From Eledone cirrhosa (Eukaryota), in the NCBI GenBank assembly GCA_964016885.1, contig OZ024765.1:17298001-17362000 (forward strand): 64,000 bases of DNA, written 5' to 3'. Below the pieces are notes generated by a model. The model was given only the letters and a program-made list of their open reading frames with translations, was not told where the DNA came from and ran no database searches. Every line of letters begins with the position of its first letter. Position 1 is the stretch's first letter. This document shows positions 44,170 to 56,614 of this stretch, piece after piece. The position numbers and the translations under genes were made by a program.

Positions 44170-44237
44170 TTGCGGCCCGCCTGATCATAAGCCATATCTC
44201 ATGCGGCCCGCTTCTCAAAAAAGTTTGCCCATGCCTG
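44170..44237. mobile_element. Solo hAT (Charlie-like) terminus
   Basis: Subterminal tgcggcccg x2 followed by aaagtttgcccatgcctg. Confidence 0.5.
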
Positions 44238-44501
44238 ATATAGATAAAGATAATTACCCCCCCCCCCTCTACTCATAGAAATAAACAAACAGTAGATATT
44301 AACACTTATGACAATTGTTTCTAATTTTGGCACAAGGCCAGCAATTACCCAGTGTATTACTGGTACTTTATTTTATCGACCCCGTAAGGATGAAAGGCAA
44401 AGTTAACCTCGGCGGGATTTGAACTCAGAATGGCAAGGGCCGTAACTCTATGCGTCAAAGCATGACGTCCGACCCTCTACCGACACTGCTAATCCACCGC
44501 C

Positions 44502-45187
44502 AATAATAATAATAAAGATATTTTTCCTTTATTGTCCACAAGGGCCGACATATAGGGGACAATACAATAGACGGGGACGGTGGGGGTTTTACACACAAAT
44601 CGATTAAATATATAAACACATTAACAATAAACAAGAAAAATACAAATAACAGAGATATCGAACCAGGATCAATTCATGCTCCACCCATCCTGAAACATCT
44701 GACACTTCGAGGATACCCTTCTCCTCCTCAAATTAGCCAGGGTACAGGTACATGCTCAGAGTAGGCCCAGTCAAACGGGCCAGTCACTCTACATTCACCC
44801 ACCTTTTAGCAAATGCACAGGGAGGCAGCACTTCTCTCTCCACCCTCACCTTCCTTTCCAAGTGAAACTCGAAAAAGTTGAGGGATTGGCCGAAGATAAA
44901 AGTGTCTGTCTTACATCCTTTCAATCTGAGGTCGTTGAGCAGGTGACCCTGCTTTTAGGACGACCTCAGGCCATGAATGTTTATGCATTCTACACTTAAG
45001 ATCACCATGTTGGCAGGCTGAGAGAGAGAGAGAGAGAGATGGAGAGAGATAGATAGAGATAGATAGAGAGAGATGGAGATGGAGAGAGATGGAGAGAGAG
45101 AGATAGAGATAGATAGAGAGAGATGGAGATGGAGAGAGATGGAGAGAGAGAGATAGAGATAGATAGAGAGAGATGGAGATGGAGAGA

Positions 45188-45234
<47 letters not shown>

Positions 45235-46515
45235 GGGAAAAATTTACTTACCTGCCGGAGTCTTGTGGAGGTCGGGTGGTTCGACTTCCATGGTGGGGTT
45301 TTCTTTGGGAACTCCATTAAAAGTCTAGATGTAGGTTTCCCGTTCGGGGTCCAACATCCCAAGGAAAGCTCCTTCCAATTCTTTTGTTAAAATCGAGTGA
45401 TATTCGTACCAGAAACAAAACCTCTGGTACACGAAATGTGCTCGATTAAAATACCCCCCTCTCTTTCTGAATGTCTTCACTTAGTGCTATGAAGTCCATT
45501 AATTCCTCGTTGACCCTCCTGACAAATACGAAGTTTTGTATGATTTGTTGGTGTGATTGTATTCAATTCCTCGTTGACCCTTCTGACAAATACGAAGTTT
45601 TGTATGATTTGTTGGTGTGATTTTATTCAATTCCTCGTTGACCCTTCTGACAAACACGAAGTTTTGTATGATTTGTTGGTGTGATTGTATTCGTTTGCCT
45701 CGACGTCAGCTTGTGGAGTGTTGTTTGCTTTTTTTTATATCTCCACTGGGATTCATCTAAAGACCAGAGTCTCCTCTCCACCGCTTCTATGGCATCCGCT
45801 GGGACAGTTAAGTTGGCCCAGAATTGCTCATGTTTGATGAACTTCCATTCCTCGGTCGACTTTTTTTCTTTATCAGTCAGCTCCATGAAAAAGCATGGCA
45901 TTTTCTTAACTGTTACCGCAGCGAAACAGTTTTTTCTCTATGTTGTTGTTGTTGGTGGTGGTGGTGTCGGTGGTGGTGTTTGTGGAGTTCGTGGTGTTGG
46001 TAGTGGTGTGGGTGTCTGTGTTGGTGTTGGTGGTGGTGGTGTCGGTTGTGTTGTTGGTGTTGGTGGTGTTGTTGGTGGTGGTGGTGTTGGTCGTGTTGGT
46101 GGTCGTGTTGGTGGTGGTGTTGTTGGAGGTGGTGATGGTGGAGTTGGTGGTGTTGGTCGTGTTGGTGGTGTTGGTCGTGGTGTTTGTGTTGGTGGCGGTG
46201 TTAGTGGTGGTGTTGTTTGTGTTGGTGGCGGTGTTGGTGGTGGTGGTGTTGTTTGTGTTGGTGGCGGTGTTGGTGGTGGTGGTGTTGTTGTTGGTGGTGG
46301 TGTTGGTGGTGTCGGTGAGGTGTTTGTGGTGTTGGTGGTGTCGGTGATGGTGTTTGCGGTGTGGGTGATGTTGGTGTCGGTGGTGGTGTTGGTGTAGTTC
46401 AAGTTGTTGGTGCTACTGTTGGCGATACTGCCTTCTGTCGGAGTGTATATATGTTGTGTGAGGGTGGAGTTAAACTCAATGTTTCAGCAACTGTCACTCA
46501 ACAGCAGACTCAAAG
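44502..46515 (-). mobile_element. Internally deleted L1/Tx1-like LINE (ORF1 remnant, ORF2 start fused to ORF2 end, AATAAA and (att)n tail)
   Basis: MVILSVECINIHGLRSS*KQGHLLNDL (APE N-terminus-like, 45008-44930) joins directly to RLKGC..FFEFHLERKVRVERE..FAKRWVNV. Upstream is a Pro/Thr-rich low-complexity ORF1-like region with a 64-bp x3 repeat at 45500-45690. Confidence 0.55.
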
Positions 46516-47011
46516 TTAGAGGAGGAGGGAGGCATGTTTCTGCCACGTTCTTTTTTTAATACAAAAATGTAAACAAACTTCAAATATTTCGACCCCAATG
46601 TCTCAAAGATTATACAGTCTTCCCTTCACATGGCACAGAAGCAAGTCTTAGACTTCCTCTTTCAACAACAATTAATTCGAAAGAAAACACTTGAAAAATT
46701 ATTACAATGTCCTGAAATACCTCTCCGATAGCCAATGATAGTATATGCGTGGGTGAGTTCTGTTCTAGGGCCAGGCTTTGCGTTGTCTTCTTCAAGAAGA
46801 CACTTTATTTTACATTGCTCCAGTTCACTCAGCTTTATATATATGTTTTTGTGTCACTGGTGGTACGCTGTATCGGTCATTGCCCTGTTTATATTTTAAA
46901 CTAGCAGAGGTACACGGCGTTGCCCGGTATAACTCTCAATGGAGTAATCGTTCAAATGAACCGAAAGATGCTTCTGCCATTGCTGCTGCATGAAATATTG
47001 AAACCATAGAG

Positions 47012-47342
47012 CAGCGTTTCTCAACCGGTGTTCCCCGGAACCCTAGCATTCCGCAAGAGGTCGCTAAGGGTTCCGCGAGAACCAGTGATAAATAAACTAA
47101 TGTATTTTAAAAAGTAATTTTTGTTTAATTTCATATTCGTAATTTTACTATAGATTTACGGCATATTGTCGGAAAATCCTTGTTTATTTTAAGAAAGGCT
47201 TCAACCTCTTATATTATTTAAAACTAGGTCAATATAAGAGATAGATATTAATAATGGTATATAATAATTTTTATGTAGGGGTTCCCTTAGACATGAACCT
47301 ATTTCAAGGGTTCCACAAGGGTAAAAAGGTTGAGAAACGCTG
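47012..47342. mobile_element. hAT-type MITE
   Basis: Perfect 15-bp TIR cagcgtttctcaacc/ggttgagaaacgctg and perfect 8-bp TSD ccatagag (47004-11, 47343-50). Confidence 0.92.
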
Positions 47343-47534
47343 CCATAGAGCAACGATGTGGCCGACTTCTGCAAAGTGAACAGCGGCGATCATCGTTACC
47401 TGGCATTTCTAGGACTTGCAATTCACGATGGTTGTCACGAAGGCCTTTAACTACGACCCCTCCCCCGACTTCGCTGTGCTTGCCATGGAAACCTGCACGT
47501 CTATAAGTCCCTTGACTCTATGGCTGATCCGGAC

Positions 47535-47960
47535 GAAGTTGTTAATTACCCCCACAGAATTTCTTAACTCCCTAGACCCTCCCGGATTGCCACCACGCCT
47601 ACTGGGATTAAGAAAGGTGCCCCTGTTATGCTCCTCAAGAATTTGGAACCCCGAAGGCTTTCCAACGGCACGCTTCTTGTCGTCCAAAAGGCGATGCCTC
47701 ATGTTATTGAGACAACAATACTTACAGGATGTGGTAAGGGGGATACTGTCTTCACACCAAGGATACCTCTCATTCCATCCGGTAAAGACATTCCTTTCAC
47801 ATTCAGAAGGCTGCAATTCCCTCTCCGGTTCAGTTTCACCATGTCGATTAACAAATTATAGAGTCAGACGCTGGCGGTCGTAGGGCTTAATTTAGAAGAA
47901 CCGTGCTTCTCGCATGGTCAACTAGATGTTGGTTGCTCTCGAGTGGGGAGCCGACATAAC
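47535..47960 (+). pseudogene. Helitron RepHel PIF1-like helicase C-terminal fragment (frameshifted)
   Basis: TEFLNSLDPPGLPP..L.LRK / VMLLKNLEP..LSNGT..PRIPLIPS..PFTFRRLQFPLRFSFTMSINK / SQTL..VGLNLEEPCFSHGQL..CSRV. Confidence 0.9.
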
Positions 47961-48982
47961 CTATTTGCTTTTGCAACTCGCGAGAAAACCCAAAATAAAT
48001 AAGGAAGTTTTGTAGGCACCCCATCAGCCAACAAGTAATCACACACAGATACAGCAAATGTAAGCACTTATACAAAAAAAAACAACAAAAAAAAAACACC
48101 GATTACTTGTAAAAGTTCATGTGTTCACCTTCCTTTATAAGCCATGGGTAACCAATAGGTCTCATTTCGTGAAAACCAAACACCAATTCAAACAGTTATG
48201 ACGTTTTGTTGCATTGATGATATCAACTTCAATATTTATCAAGTCGGTTTAGTGCCCCGTCACCACCACCACAACCAAGGGGTCCCCTCCCTGAATTTCT
48301 GCGCAAGTGCATGCCTGCAAATTTATTTGTTGGCCATAAGCAAACAAAAGATTAATTTTGGTGAAGATGGGAGGCAAACTGCAGGAATTATGGGGCCTTT
48401 CGGCAGTAGTACTGCTGACTCCAAGCGAGAGGCTTAAGGGGGTTACCTGCCGCTGGGGAACCCCACAATTGATGTACGGAAAAATAACATAGCCTACGAC
48501 GCGTAATAGGACTTCAGAAACCTATGTGTGAAATTTGGTGCAAATCGGTTGTAAAATGTAGAAATGCATGCGGTTACACAGACAGACAGACAGACATCTT
48601 CTGTTTTATATATAGATATATATAAAACAGATGAATAAATGTAGATGAATAAATTTTGTTTCTCTAAAAAAAATTAAAAAAATTATTGACGATACCATTT
48701 TGAAACTAAATTCCGTCGAAAGATTGAAATTCTAATAACCATTCCTACGAACGAAGCCACACTAATGTCACGGTGATATCGCTACTGACAGCTGCGAAAC
48801 AGATTTATGGGTGAATAACCTGCGATGCTTAGATTTCAGGCAAAGGTGCACTTTACCAATTCGGGTTAAGCGATTTGGCCGCTAACAACAGTGAACAAGC
48901 ACGGATTTTGCCACCGTTTTTATACGACTAGACGTAAACACACACCACAGACGCACAGACAAACAAGTACACACAGACTTGC

Positions 48983-49023
<41 letters not shown>

Positions 49024-49246
49024 AAGTCTGTTTTAACCTGATTAGTTCTTTCGTTGTTTTGGTATTGTATAGTTGGGTTTTGGCTACCACAATTTGTCAA
49101 GCTATTTAAACGTAATGTTATAACTCTAAGGACCTACCCTTATTGAGTGATTTGCTACTCATTCCTTATTGTAGGTCTAGTTTGCTTGGCCACAGCCAAA
49201 GCTTCGATTTTATTAAGCTTCCACTTGTATGTATGTATATATATAT

Positions 49247-49291
<45 letters not shown>

Positions 49292-49469
49292 GATATATAA
49301 ATAGATATATATATATATATATATATACAGATATATATATACACACACACACATATATATATATACAGACGCATATATATATATATATATATACACGCAT
49401 ATATATGCACATAAATATACATATATATACAGATACATATATATACATACATATATATATATATATGTC

Positions 49470-50826
49470 AAGGGCGGGTAAAATTCCCGAGATCAATGGA
49501 CGAGTTCTCTCCAGCGGTCTCTGTCCCTCATTATTGCTGCCATGTTCTGCATCTCCAACAGACCAGTGTCTGTACTTAGGGCATCAACATACGTTAACCT
49601 CGGTCTTCCTTTTTCCAGTGTGTCCATGCAGGGGCTCCCTCAGGAGCACTGACTGCAGTGTCAACTCTGGATGTCGGTGAGCATGTCCAGCTAACCTCAG
49701 TCTCCCTCTTCCAGTGTGTCCATGCAGGGGCTCCCACAGGAGCACTGAGTGCAGTGTCAACTCTGGATGTCCGTGAGCATGTCCAGCTAACCTCAGTCTC
49801 CCTCTTCCAGGGTGTCCATGCAGTATCTCCCACAGGAGCACTGAGTGCACTGTCAACTCTGGATGTCGGTGAACATGTCCAGCTAACCTCAGTCTCCCTC
49901 TTCCAGTGTGTCCATGCAGGGACTCCCACAGGAGCACTGAGTGCAGTGTCAATTCTGGATGTCGGTGAACATGTCCAGCTAACCTCAGTCTCCCTCTGCC
50001 AGTGTGTCCATGCAGGAACTCCCACAGGAGCACTGAGAGCAATGTTAACTCTGGATGTCGGTGAACATGTCCAGCTAACCTCAGTCTCCCTCTTCCAGTG
50101 TGTCCATGCAGGGACTCCCACAGGAGCACTGTGAGCAATGTTAACTCTGGATGTCGGTGAACATGTCCAGCTAACCTCAGTCTCCCTCTTCCAGTGTGTC
50201 CATGCAGGGACTCCCACAGGAGCACTGAGTGCAGTGTCAACTCCGGATGTCGGTGAGCATGTCCAGCTAACCTCAGTCTCCCTCTTCCAGTGTGTCCATG
50301 CAGGGACTCCCACAGGAGCACTGAGTGCAGTGTCAATTCTGGATGTCGGTGAACATGTCCAGCTAACCTCAGTCTCCCTCTTCCAGTGTGTCCATGCAGG
50401 AACTCCCACAGGAGCACTGAGTGCAGTGTCAATTCTGGATGTCGGTGAACATGTCCAGCTAACCTCAGTCTCCCTCTTCCAGTGTGTCCATGCAGGAACT
50501 CCCACAGGAGCACTGAGTGCAGTGTCAATTCTGGATGTCGGTGAACATGTCCAGCTAACCTCAGTCTCCCTCTGCCAGTGTGTCCATGCAGGAACTCCCA
50601 CAGGAGCACTGAGTGCAGTGTCAATTCTGGATATGCGTGAGCATGTCCAGCTAACCTCAGTCTCCCTCTTCCAGTGTGTCCATGCAGGGACTCCCACAGG
50701 AGCACTGAGTGCAGTGTCAACTCCGGATGTCGGTGAACATGTCCAGGTAACCTCAGTCGCCTCTGTGTCAATTTTGAGCTGACTTTTGGGAAGCTCCCGT
50801 ACAGCTCTGAGTTCTTCATTGTCAGT
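49470..50826 (-). mobile_element. Same RTE-like LINE 3' fragment with the 96-bp unit amplified ~12 times
   Basis: 32-aa unit [32 protein letters not shown] in tandem. Flanks match the 34981-35433 copy (end gggaattttacccgcc). Confidence 0.88.
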
Positions 50827-51000
50827 GTATATATACATAAATACATCCACATCATTGTAATACACAAAATCAAATAGGCCACCATCTTTCCAACTATGCA
50901 CATCGTTAAGAGTTTTGAATGATTAGGTAAGATACGACAGCAAAACACCTTGCTGTACCATCCTAACTCTATCGCTAGACACACACAAGCAGACAGACAG

Positions 51001-51049
<49 letters not shown>

Positions 51050-51057
51050 CATATATA

Positions 51058-51388
51058 TTAAATAAATGACAACTATATTTATAAAGCCATATTTATTTTA
51101 TTATATATATTTCAAGGGTACCAAAACTTTGGTACGACCTCATCAGATAAAATTCAAAGCTTGTTTTATAAATATTGACATATCCAGGAATGAGACCTTA
51201 ATGGTTCAGGTTTTACCTGGATAATTGAACCGTTAACTTGAACCGTTAAGATCTCATTCCTGGGCATGTCAATATTTATAAAACAAGCTTTGTATTTTAT
51301 CTGATGAGAGCGTACTAAAGTTTTGGTATCCTTGAAATATATATAATAGAATAAATATGGTTTTATAAATATAGTTTCCATTTATTAA
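51058..51388. mobile_element. Fold-back HHR element, family A
   Basis: Inverted arms ~51058-51205 and 51245-51388. HHR on - at 51096-51152 and on + at 51293-51353 (tattttat CTGATGA gagcgtac..gtatcct tGAAA tatatata atagaata). Confidence 0.8.
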
Positions 51389-51699
51389 TGTCATTGATAT
51401 TATACTTCAGAAAACTTGTCGAGTGCTTCGAATCTGTTATAAATATATATATTTGTTGAATTACCAACAAATTAATTATCCCTTTGCTTATATTTATATA
51501 TATATTTTTTGTTTCTTGGTCGTCTTTTTCGGCTGTGCGAGTGATTTTAAGCATTGTCTCTGTGTGTTGGTATTTAAACGATAGTTATAGCTCTGGTTTA
51601 TGCAAACTATTGAGCCCTTTGCCACGCATTTCGAAGATTGTGTTTTGTGATTTCGTGGGCCGAAATTCCGATTCTCGATGATTTATTTGTATTTATATA

Positions 51700-51740
<41 letters not shown>

Positions 51741-52254
51741 CACCTTGCACCCAGTTCACTCAGCTGTAGAAATGAATTGTGACCTCCAAGGCCCTCAAGA
51801 GAAATTTTGCAAGGCGGTAAAAGACACAATTGTTGTTCGAATCAGGCAACGATTTTATTCAAAATGGAGGTTGCATGGTTACTATGGGGCCTTCTTAGCT
51901 CTTGGGCTCCGGAACAAAGTACCGGCTGGACCTCACTTTCATAGGCCCTGGTGACGTTACTGGAGCCAATCAGCATCAGCGTTTACTTTTCCCTTGGACA
52001 AAATATATAGTGTATATATAGCGTATATATGGTGTATATATATATATATATATAAGTTGCAATGTGCCAGGCTGTATTAGCCTTTGACTTTCCCTTGGAC
52101 AATATATATAGTATGTATATAGTGTATATATGGTGTATATATATATTTGTAATGATGAGAAAAAGGTAGGGAGCCAATGTATCTCCCTAGAGCACTCCAG
52201 CCAGTATCTCAAAGAACTCTGTCATCCCATCAGGTGTAATGACTTGGGCTCCAA

Positions 52255-52676
52255 TGTAGTGGAGTCTGTGCTGCTGTACGGGTCTCAGACTTGGACACTG
52301 ACCAAGAAACTCATTCAGATGGTGGATGGGTGCTACATGAGAATGCTGAGGATGGCTCTGAACATTAATCAGTATACACTGAGGATGAAAAACTCAGAGC
52401 TATATGGGAGCCTCCCAAAAGTCAGCTCAAAAGTTACACAGAGGAGACTGAGGTTGGCTGGACATGCTCACCGACATCCAGAGTTGACATTGCACTCAGT
52501 GCTCTTTTGGGAGCCCCTACATGGACACACTGGAAGATGAAGACAAAGGTTAACGTATGTTGATGCCCTAAGGACAGACACTGGTCTGTTGGAGACGCAG
52601 GGCATGGCAGCGATAATGAGGGACAAAGATCGCTGGAGAGAACTCGTCCATGGAACACGGGAATTTTACCCGCCTT
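52255..52676 (+). mobile_element. Same RTE-like LINE 3' fragment, single unit
   Basis: [45 protein letters not shown]; ends ggaattttacccgcc. Confidence 0.88.
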
Positions 52677-53127
52677 AGAATAGAGAATAGAATATATATT
52701 TGTAACACCGAGATATGAATTTCGATGTTAAAATCGTACTCATACCCATTCAGGGTTCCTAATTAAACCCTTTACTTTCCCCTGAGCCTCTGAGGAGCCC
52801 AACTTCGGCGTAACATGTTTAAGAGGTTCTTATAAATGTATTTTAACGGTCTGCTTCTCTTTCTTCAGTTATAATTGCTCTGCTTAAATTCGCACACTGA
52901 ATATTAACGCTTCTAATGTTTAACCCTGTCTGCACAAGCACGTGCTTATGGCAATTAATTTTCTGTAATGTCTCCATCTATAACGCTTCCTATCTCAATT
53001 CTCTCTCACGATACCCTAACCCTAACATTTTATATATATATTTAACTTAAGCAAGGTTCACTGATTAATCAATGAATATAGTTTTACAATAGATTAGAAG
53101 CACTCAACAAGCACAGTTTTCTGTAGT

Positions 53128-53950
53128 TATTAATATTAATTCTAAATATTAATAAATATAGACATTCACGTAATCAAAATATATTTTATTATATTTGGCA
53201 GTATTGGAAGAGGGTCGGACGCCATGTTTTCTAGCATAGTTTCGTCCCTTTACAGTTTGAGTTCAAATCCCGCCGAGGTTAACTTTGCCTTTCACCCTTA
53301 CGGGGACGATAAAATAAAGTACCAGTAATGTACTGGGGAAATTGCTGGCCTTGTGCCTAAAGTAGAAACAATTGTATATATTACTGGTACTTTATTTTGT
53401 TATCCCCCCCCCCCCTTTCAACCTTACGGGGTCGATAAAAAATAAAGTACCAGTAATGTACTGGGTATTTTATGGCCTTGTGCCAAAAGTAGAAATAATT
53501 ATATATATTTCAGAGGTACTGTGTTGTTTTCTCAGTACGTCCTCATCAGATAAAATATATAAATTAATGTGACATAGCTCAACTGTGCTGATTTGAACCA
53601 TCAGCACAGTTGAGGTATGTCATACATCAATTTATATATTTTTATCTGATGAGGACGTACTGAGAAAACAACACAGTACCTACGAAATATATATAATGGT
53701 TTCTTATATAGGCACAAGGCCAGTAATTTGGGGGGGAGGGGAAAGTCGATTAAATCGACCCCAGTGCGTGACTGGTACTTTATTTTATCGACCCCATAAG
53801 GATGAAAGGCAAAGTTAACCTCAGCGGGATTTGAGCTCAGATCATAAAGTGCCATAACTCTATGCTGCAAAGCATGGCGTCCGAGGCTATAATAAAATAT
53901 AGTTTGATTACGTGAATGTCTATATTTATTAACATTTTGAATTAATATTA
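53128..53950. mobile_element. Fold-back family B HHR element with a SINE inserted in each arm
   Basis: Inner inverted arms 53499-53592 / 53600-53697 carry HHR cores. Outer arms are 53128-53193 / 53888-53950. SINEs lie at 53195-53500 (+) and 53698-53885 (-). Confidence 0.75.
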
Positions 53951-54194
53951 TATATATATTGCCATTCTGAGTTCAAATCCCGCCAAGGTTAACTTTGCCT
54001 TTCATCCATACGGGGTCGATAAAATAAAGTACCAGTAATGTACAGGGTAATTGCTGGCCTTGTGCCTAACGTAGAAACAATTATATATATATATATAAAT
54101 ATATATTTAAAAGTTAAACAAGGTTCAATGAATACATCAAAGAATGAGTTTTACAATATTTTTTGTATTATGTTATCTCATCTTCTCAATATTA

Positions 54195-54391
54195 GGGTAT
54201 AAATATTGAGTTTTGTCATAAGTTAATCACTACCATGACTGAATCTTAACCATCTACTATGTCAGGGTATGTCATGCATCATCTTATTTTATCTGATGAG
54301 GACGTACTGTTGAACTTAACTCAGTACCTCTGAAATATGTATAATAAAATATAATTGATCACAAGAATATCTATTTTGTTAATATTTTGAA

Positions 54392-54400
<9 letters not shown>
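54195..54400 (+). mobile_element. HHR element, family B
   Basis: HHR at 54286-54350 with stem I attttat/ataaaat, CUGAUGA, stem II gtactg/cagtac, GAAA and an AUA triplet. Confidence 0.78.
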
Positions 54401-54446
<46 letters not shown>

Positions 54447-54447
<1 letters not shown>

Positions 54448-54642
54448 GTTATTCCGGGTTGAATCGGAGGTAACCACAGTAAGTAAGGTACTCAATACAT
54501 AGCAGAGTATAACAGTTTTAATATAGAAGAGATCCTACAGGACTAGAACTGTTTCATTCTTTAGAAATCATCAGGAATCTGATTCCTGATGATTTCTAAA
54601 GAATGAAACAGTTCTAGTCCTGTAGAATCTCTTCTATATTAA

Positions 54643-54646
<4 letters not shown>
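54447..54646. mobile_element. Fold-back HHR element, family C (two HHRs back to back)
   Basis: + strand 54581-54629 reads gattc CTGATGA tttc taaa gaat GAAA cag ttctagtc ctg TA gaatc. Mirror at 54531-54579, centre at 54580. The tail matches the reverse complement of 43678-43735. Confidence 0.88.
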
Positions 54647-54702
<56 letters not shown>

Positions 54703-54898
54703 CGGAGGAAATGTGGTAAGGAACCAGGTGGACCATAACGCACCAAAGTACTCAATACTTAGGGTAGTAGAGTGGGTAATAGGAACGAGTAGGACCCCGA
54801 CGGCTGAGCTGAAGCCGTTTCGACGGCTAATTCTGGACTAATAGTCCAGAATTAACCGTCGAAACGGCTTGAGCACAGCCGTCGGGGTCCTACTCGTT

Positions 54899-54950
<52 letters not shown>

Positions 54951-55244
54951 TGGCGTTTTCACTGGTGCCAAGCTGTCTTAGCCTTTGCCTTTCTCTTGGA
55001 CAACGTATATAATGTGTATATAGTGTATATGTAGTGTATATATGAATTAAGATGTCACTAGTGCCACGCCCTGTTGTACAACATTGTTTGCGAGGAGGAG
55101 ACCAGTGTAGATGGGTGACTGCCGCTCTTCCACAAACACACCTTACCACGACATGTGCCTGAGAGGGACACTTTTTAGGTGCAAACCCCGTGGTCATTTG
55201 TGACCAAAGGGCTCTTTACCCTTTATATACATATATATCTATAT

Positions 55245-56163
55245 CTAGCCGAATTACCCGCACCTTGCTGAGTTTCAGACATTTTTTTTGTGTAAGTAAA
55301 TGATGATTGATTTTAAATCAGTGATATAATTTATGGAGAAAAACTCTGCATTTATATATTTTTATCTGATGAGGACGTACTGAGAAATCAACACAGTACC
55401 TCCGAAATATATATAATGGTTTCTTATATAGGCACAAGGCCAGTAATTTGGGGGGGAGGGGAAAGTCGATTAAATCGACCCCAGTGCGTGACTGGTACCT
55501 TCTTTTATCGACCCCATAAGGATGAAAGGCAAAGTTAACCTCGGCGTTTTTACATACTCAATGTAAAATGTAATGCAGGAAAAATTGGAAAACAATATTT
55601 TTTTGTAATACATCAAATCAAAATTACGTTATTAAATCTTATTCTTATTTTGTTTCTTGTAAATAATTTTTTTTAAATTATCAATTCAAAACTTTTGTGA
55701 ATAGGCATCATATCTTGTCATTTACCTATGGTTTAAATTTCATATAAATCGAAGTGAAAAAAATTTTCGGCAAGGGTTTGGTGTCCCCGGGACACCCTAA
55801 TAGGGAGTTTAACCCCCATTAGTGTTTTTTAATATTGAAATTTGCTGAAATTTTGTGAATAGGCATCAGATCTTGTCATTAACCTATGGTTTAAATTTCA
55901 TATAAATCGAAGTGAAAAATATTTCAACGGGCGTTTTCAGCGGGGTTTTGAGCCCCAGGGAAACGCTTTGATTAAAATGAAATATACTTATCCAAGTACC
56001 CTGGGCAATGTAGTTTCAGAATATATATTGTTATGGGGTCTATCTCCAAAAACCATAGGAGGAGTTCGTGAACAAACTCCTCCCATGGTTTTTGGAGATA
56101 GACCCCATAACAATATATATGAACAAACAAACAAACAGACAGGAATACAACTTTATATATAGA
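55245..56163 (-). mobile_element. Non-autonomous Helitron-like element
   Basis: ctagccgaattacccgcaccttgctgag at the left end and (aaac)n..tttatatatagat at the right end. Internal ~70-bp direct repeat (55693/55851) and ~45-bp hairpin arms (56023-56120). Confidence 0.55.
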
Positions 56164-56170
56164 TATAATA

Positions 56171-56362
56171 AGTATTTCCGTGGAAAAGGTAAAGGAAAGA
56201 CGAGTGCTCAATGTATAGTACAGAGCTATTTAATTATGTCATAAACAACACAATATAATTAATCCATTACCAAAGGTTTCACGAAGTCAGACAATTCTAA
56301 CAGAGGCGTTTGATGTTCATCAGATGGAAACCTTTTCTATGTGATGAACGACTTCAGACGAG
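56171..56362 (-). mobile_element. HHR element, family D
   Basis: Reverse complement of 56264-56327 reads ccat CTGATGA (long stem II) tGAAA cc ttt gg TA atgg. Confidence 0.7.
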
Positions 56363-56614
56363 ATGTAAATATCCTCACTGAAGTGAATAACTCGTGTGAG
56401 CCCCGCGAGCTGGAGTGGCTGTTCCGGTGTGTACCCCTCGCCGTCCGCCAGAGCAATGTACTCTCCACCCTGTCGGGAGCTAGAGGCTGAGGATATGTTA
56501 GTGTGAGATGGAGGATACTCGTTCGGACTTCACACAAAGACAAACTAGATTTGTTGGTTCATTGTCAGTACTTGTCGGGTACAAAGTAGAAGTTAAAGAG
56601 AGAGTAATATGAGA

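Larger units (their letters stand above)
46901..48616 (-). mobile_element. Helitron derivative containing the hAT MITE and a PIF1 helicase fragment
   Basis: On -, the 5' end is tctatatataaaacag..(gtct)n and the 3' end is the ccgggcaacgccg hairpin followed by ctgCTAG. Confidence 0.7.

Noticed and set aside
45938-46402. Mucin/extensin-like Pro-Thr ORF
   Set aside because: It is (GGT/GTT)n low-complexity sequence within a probable LINE remnant.
53012-53026. Telomere-like ccctaaccctaac
   Set aside because: Only two units; expected by chance.
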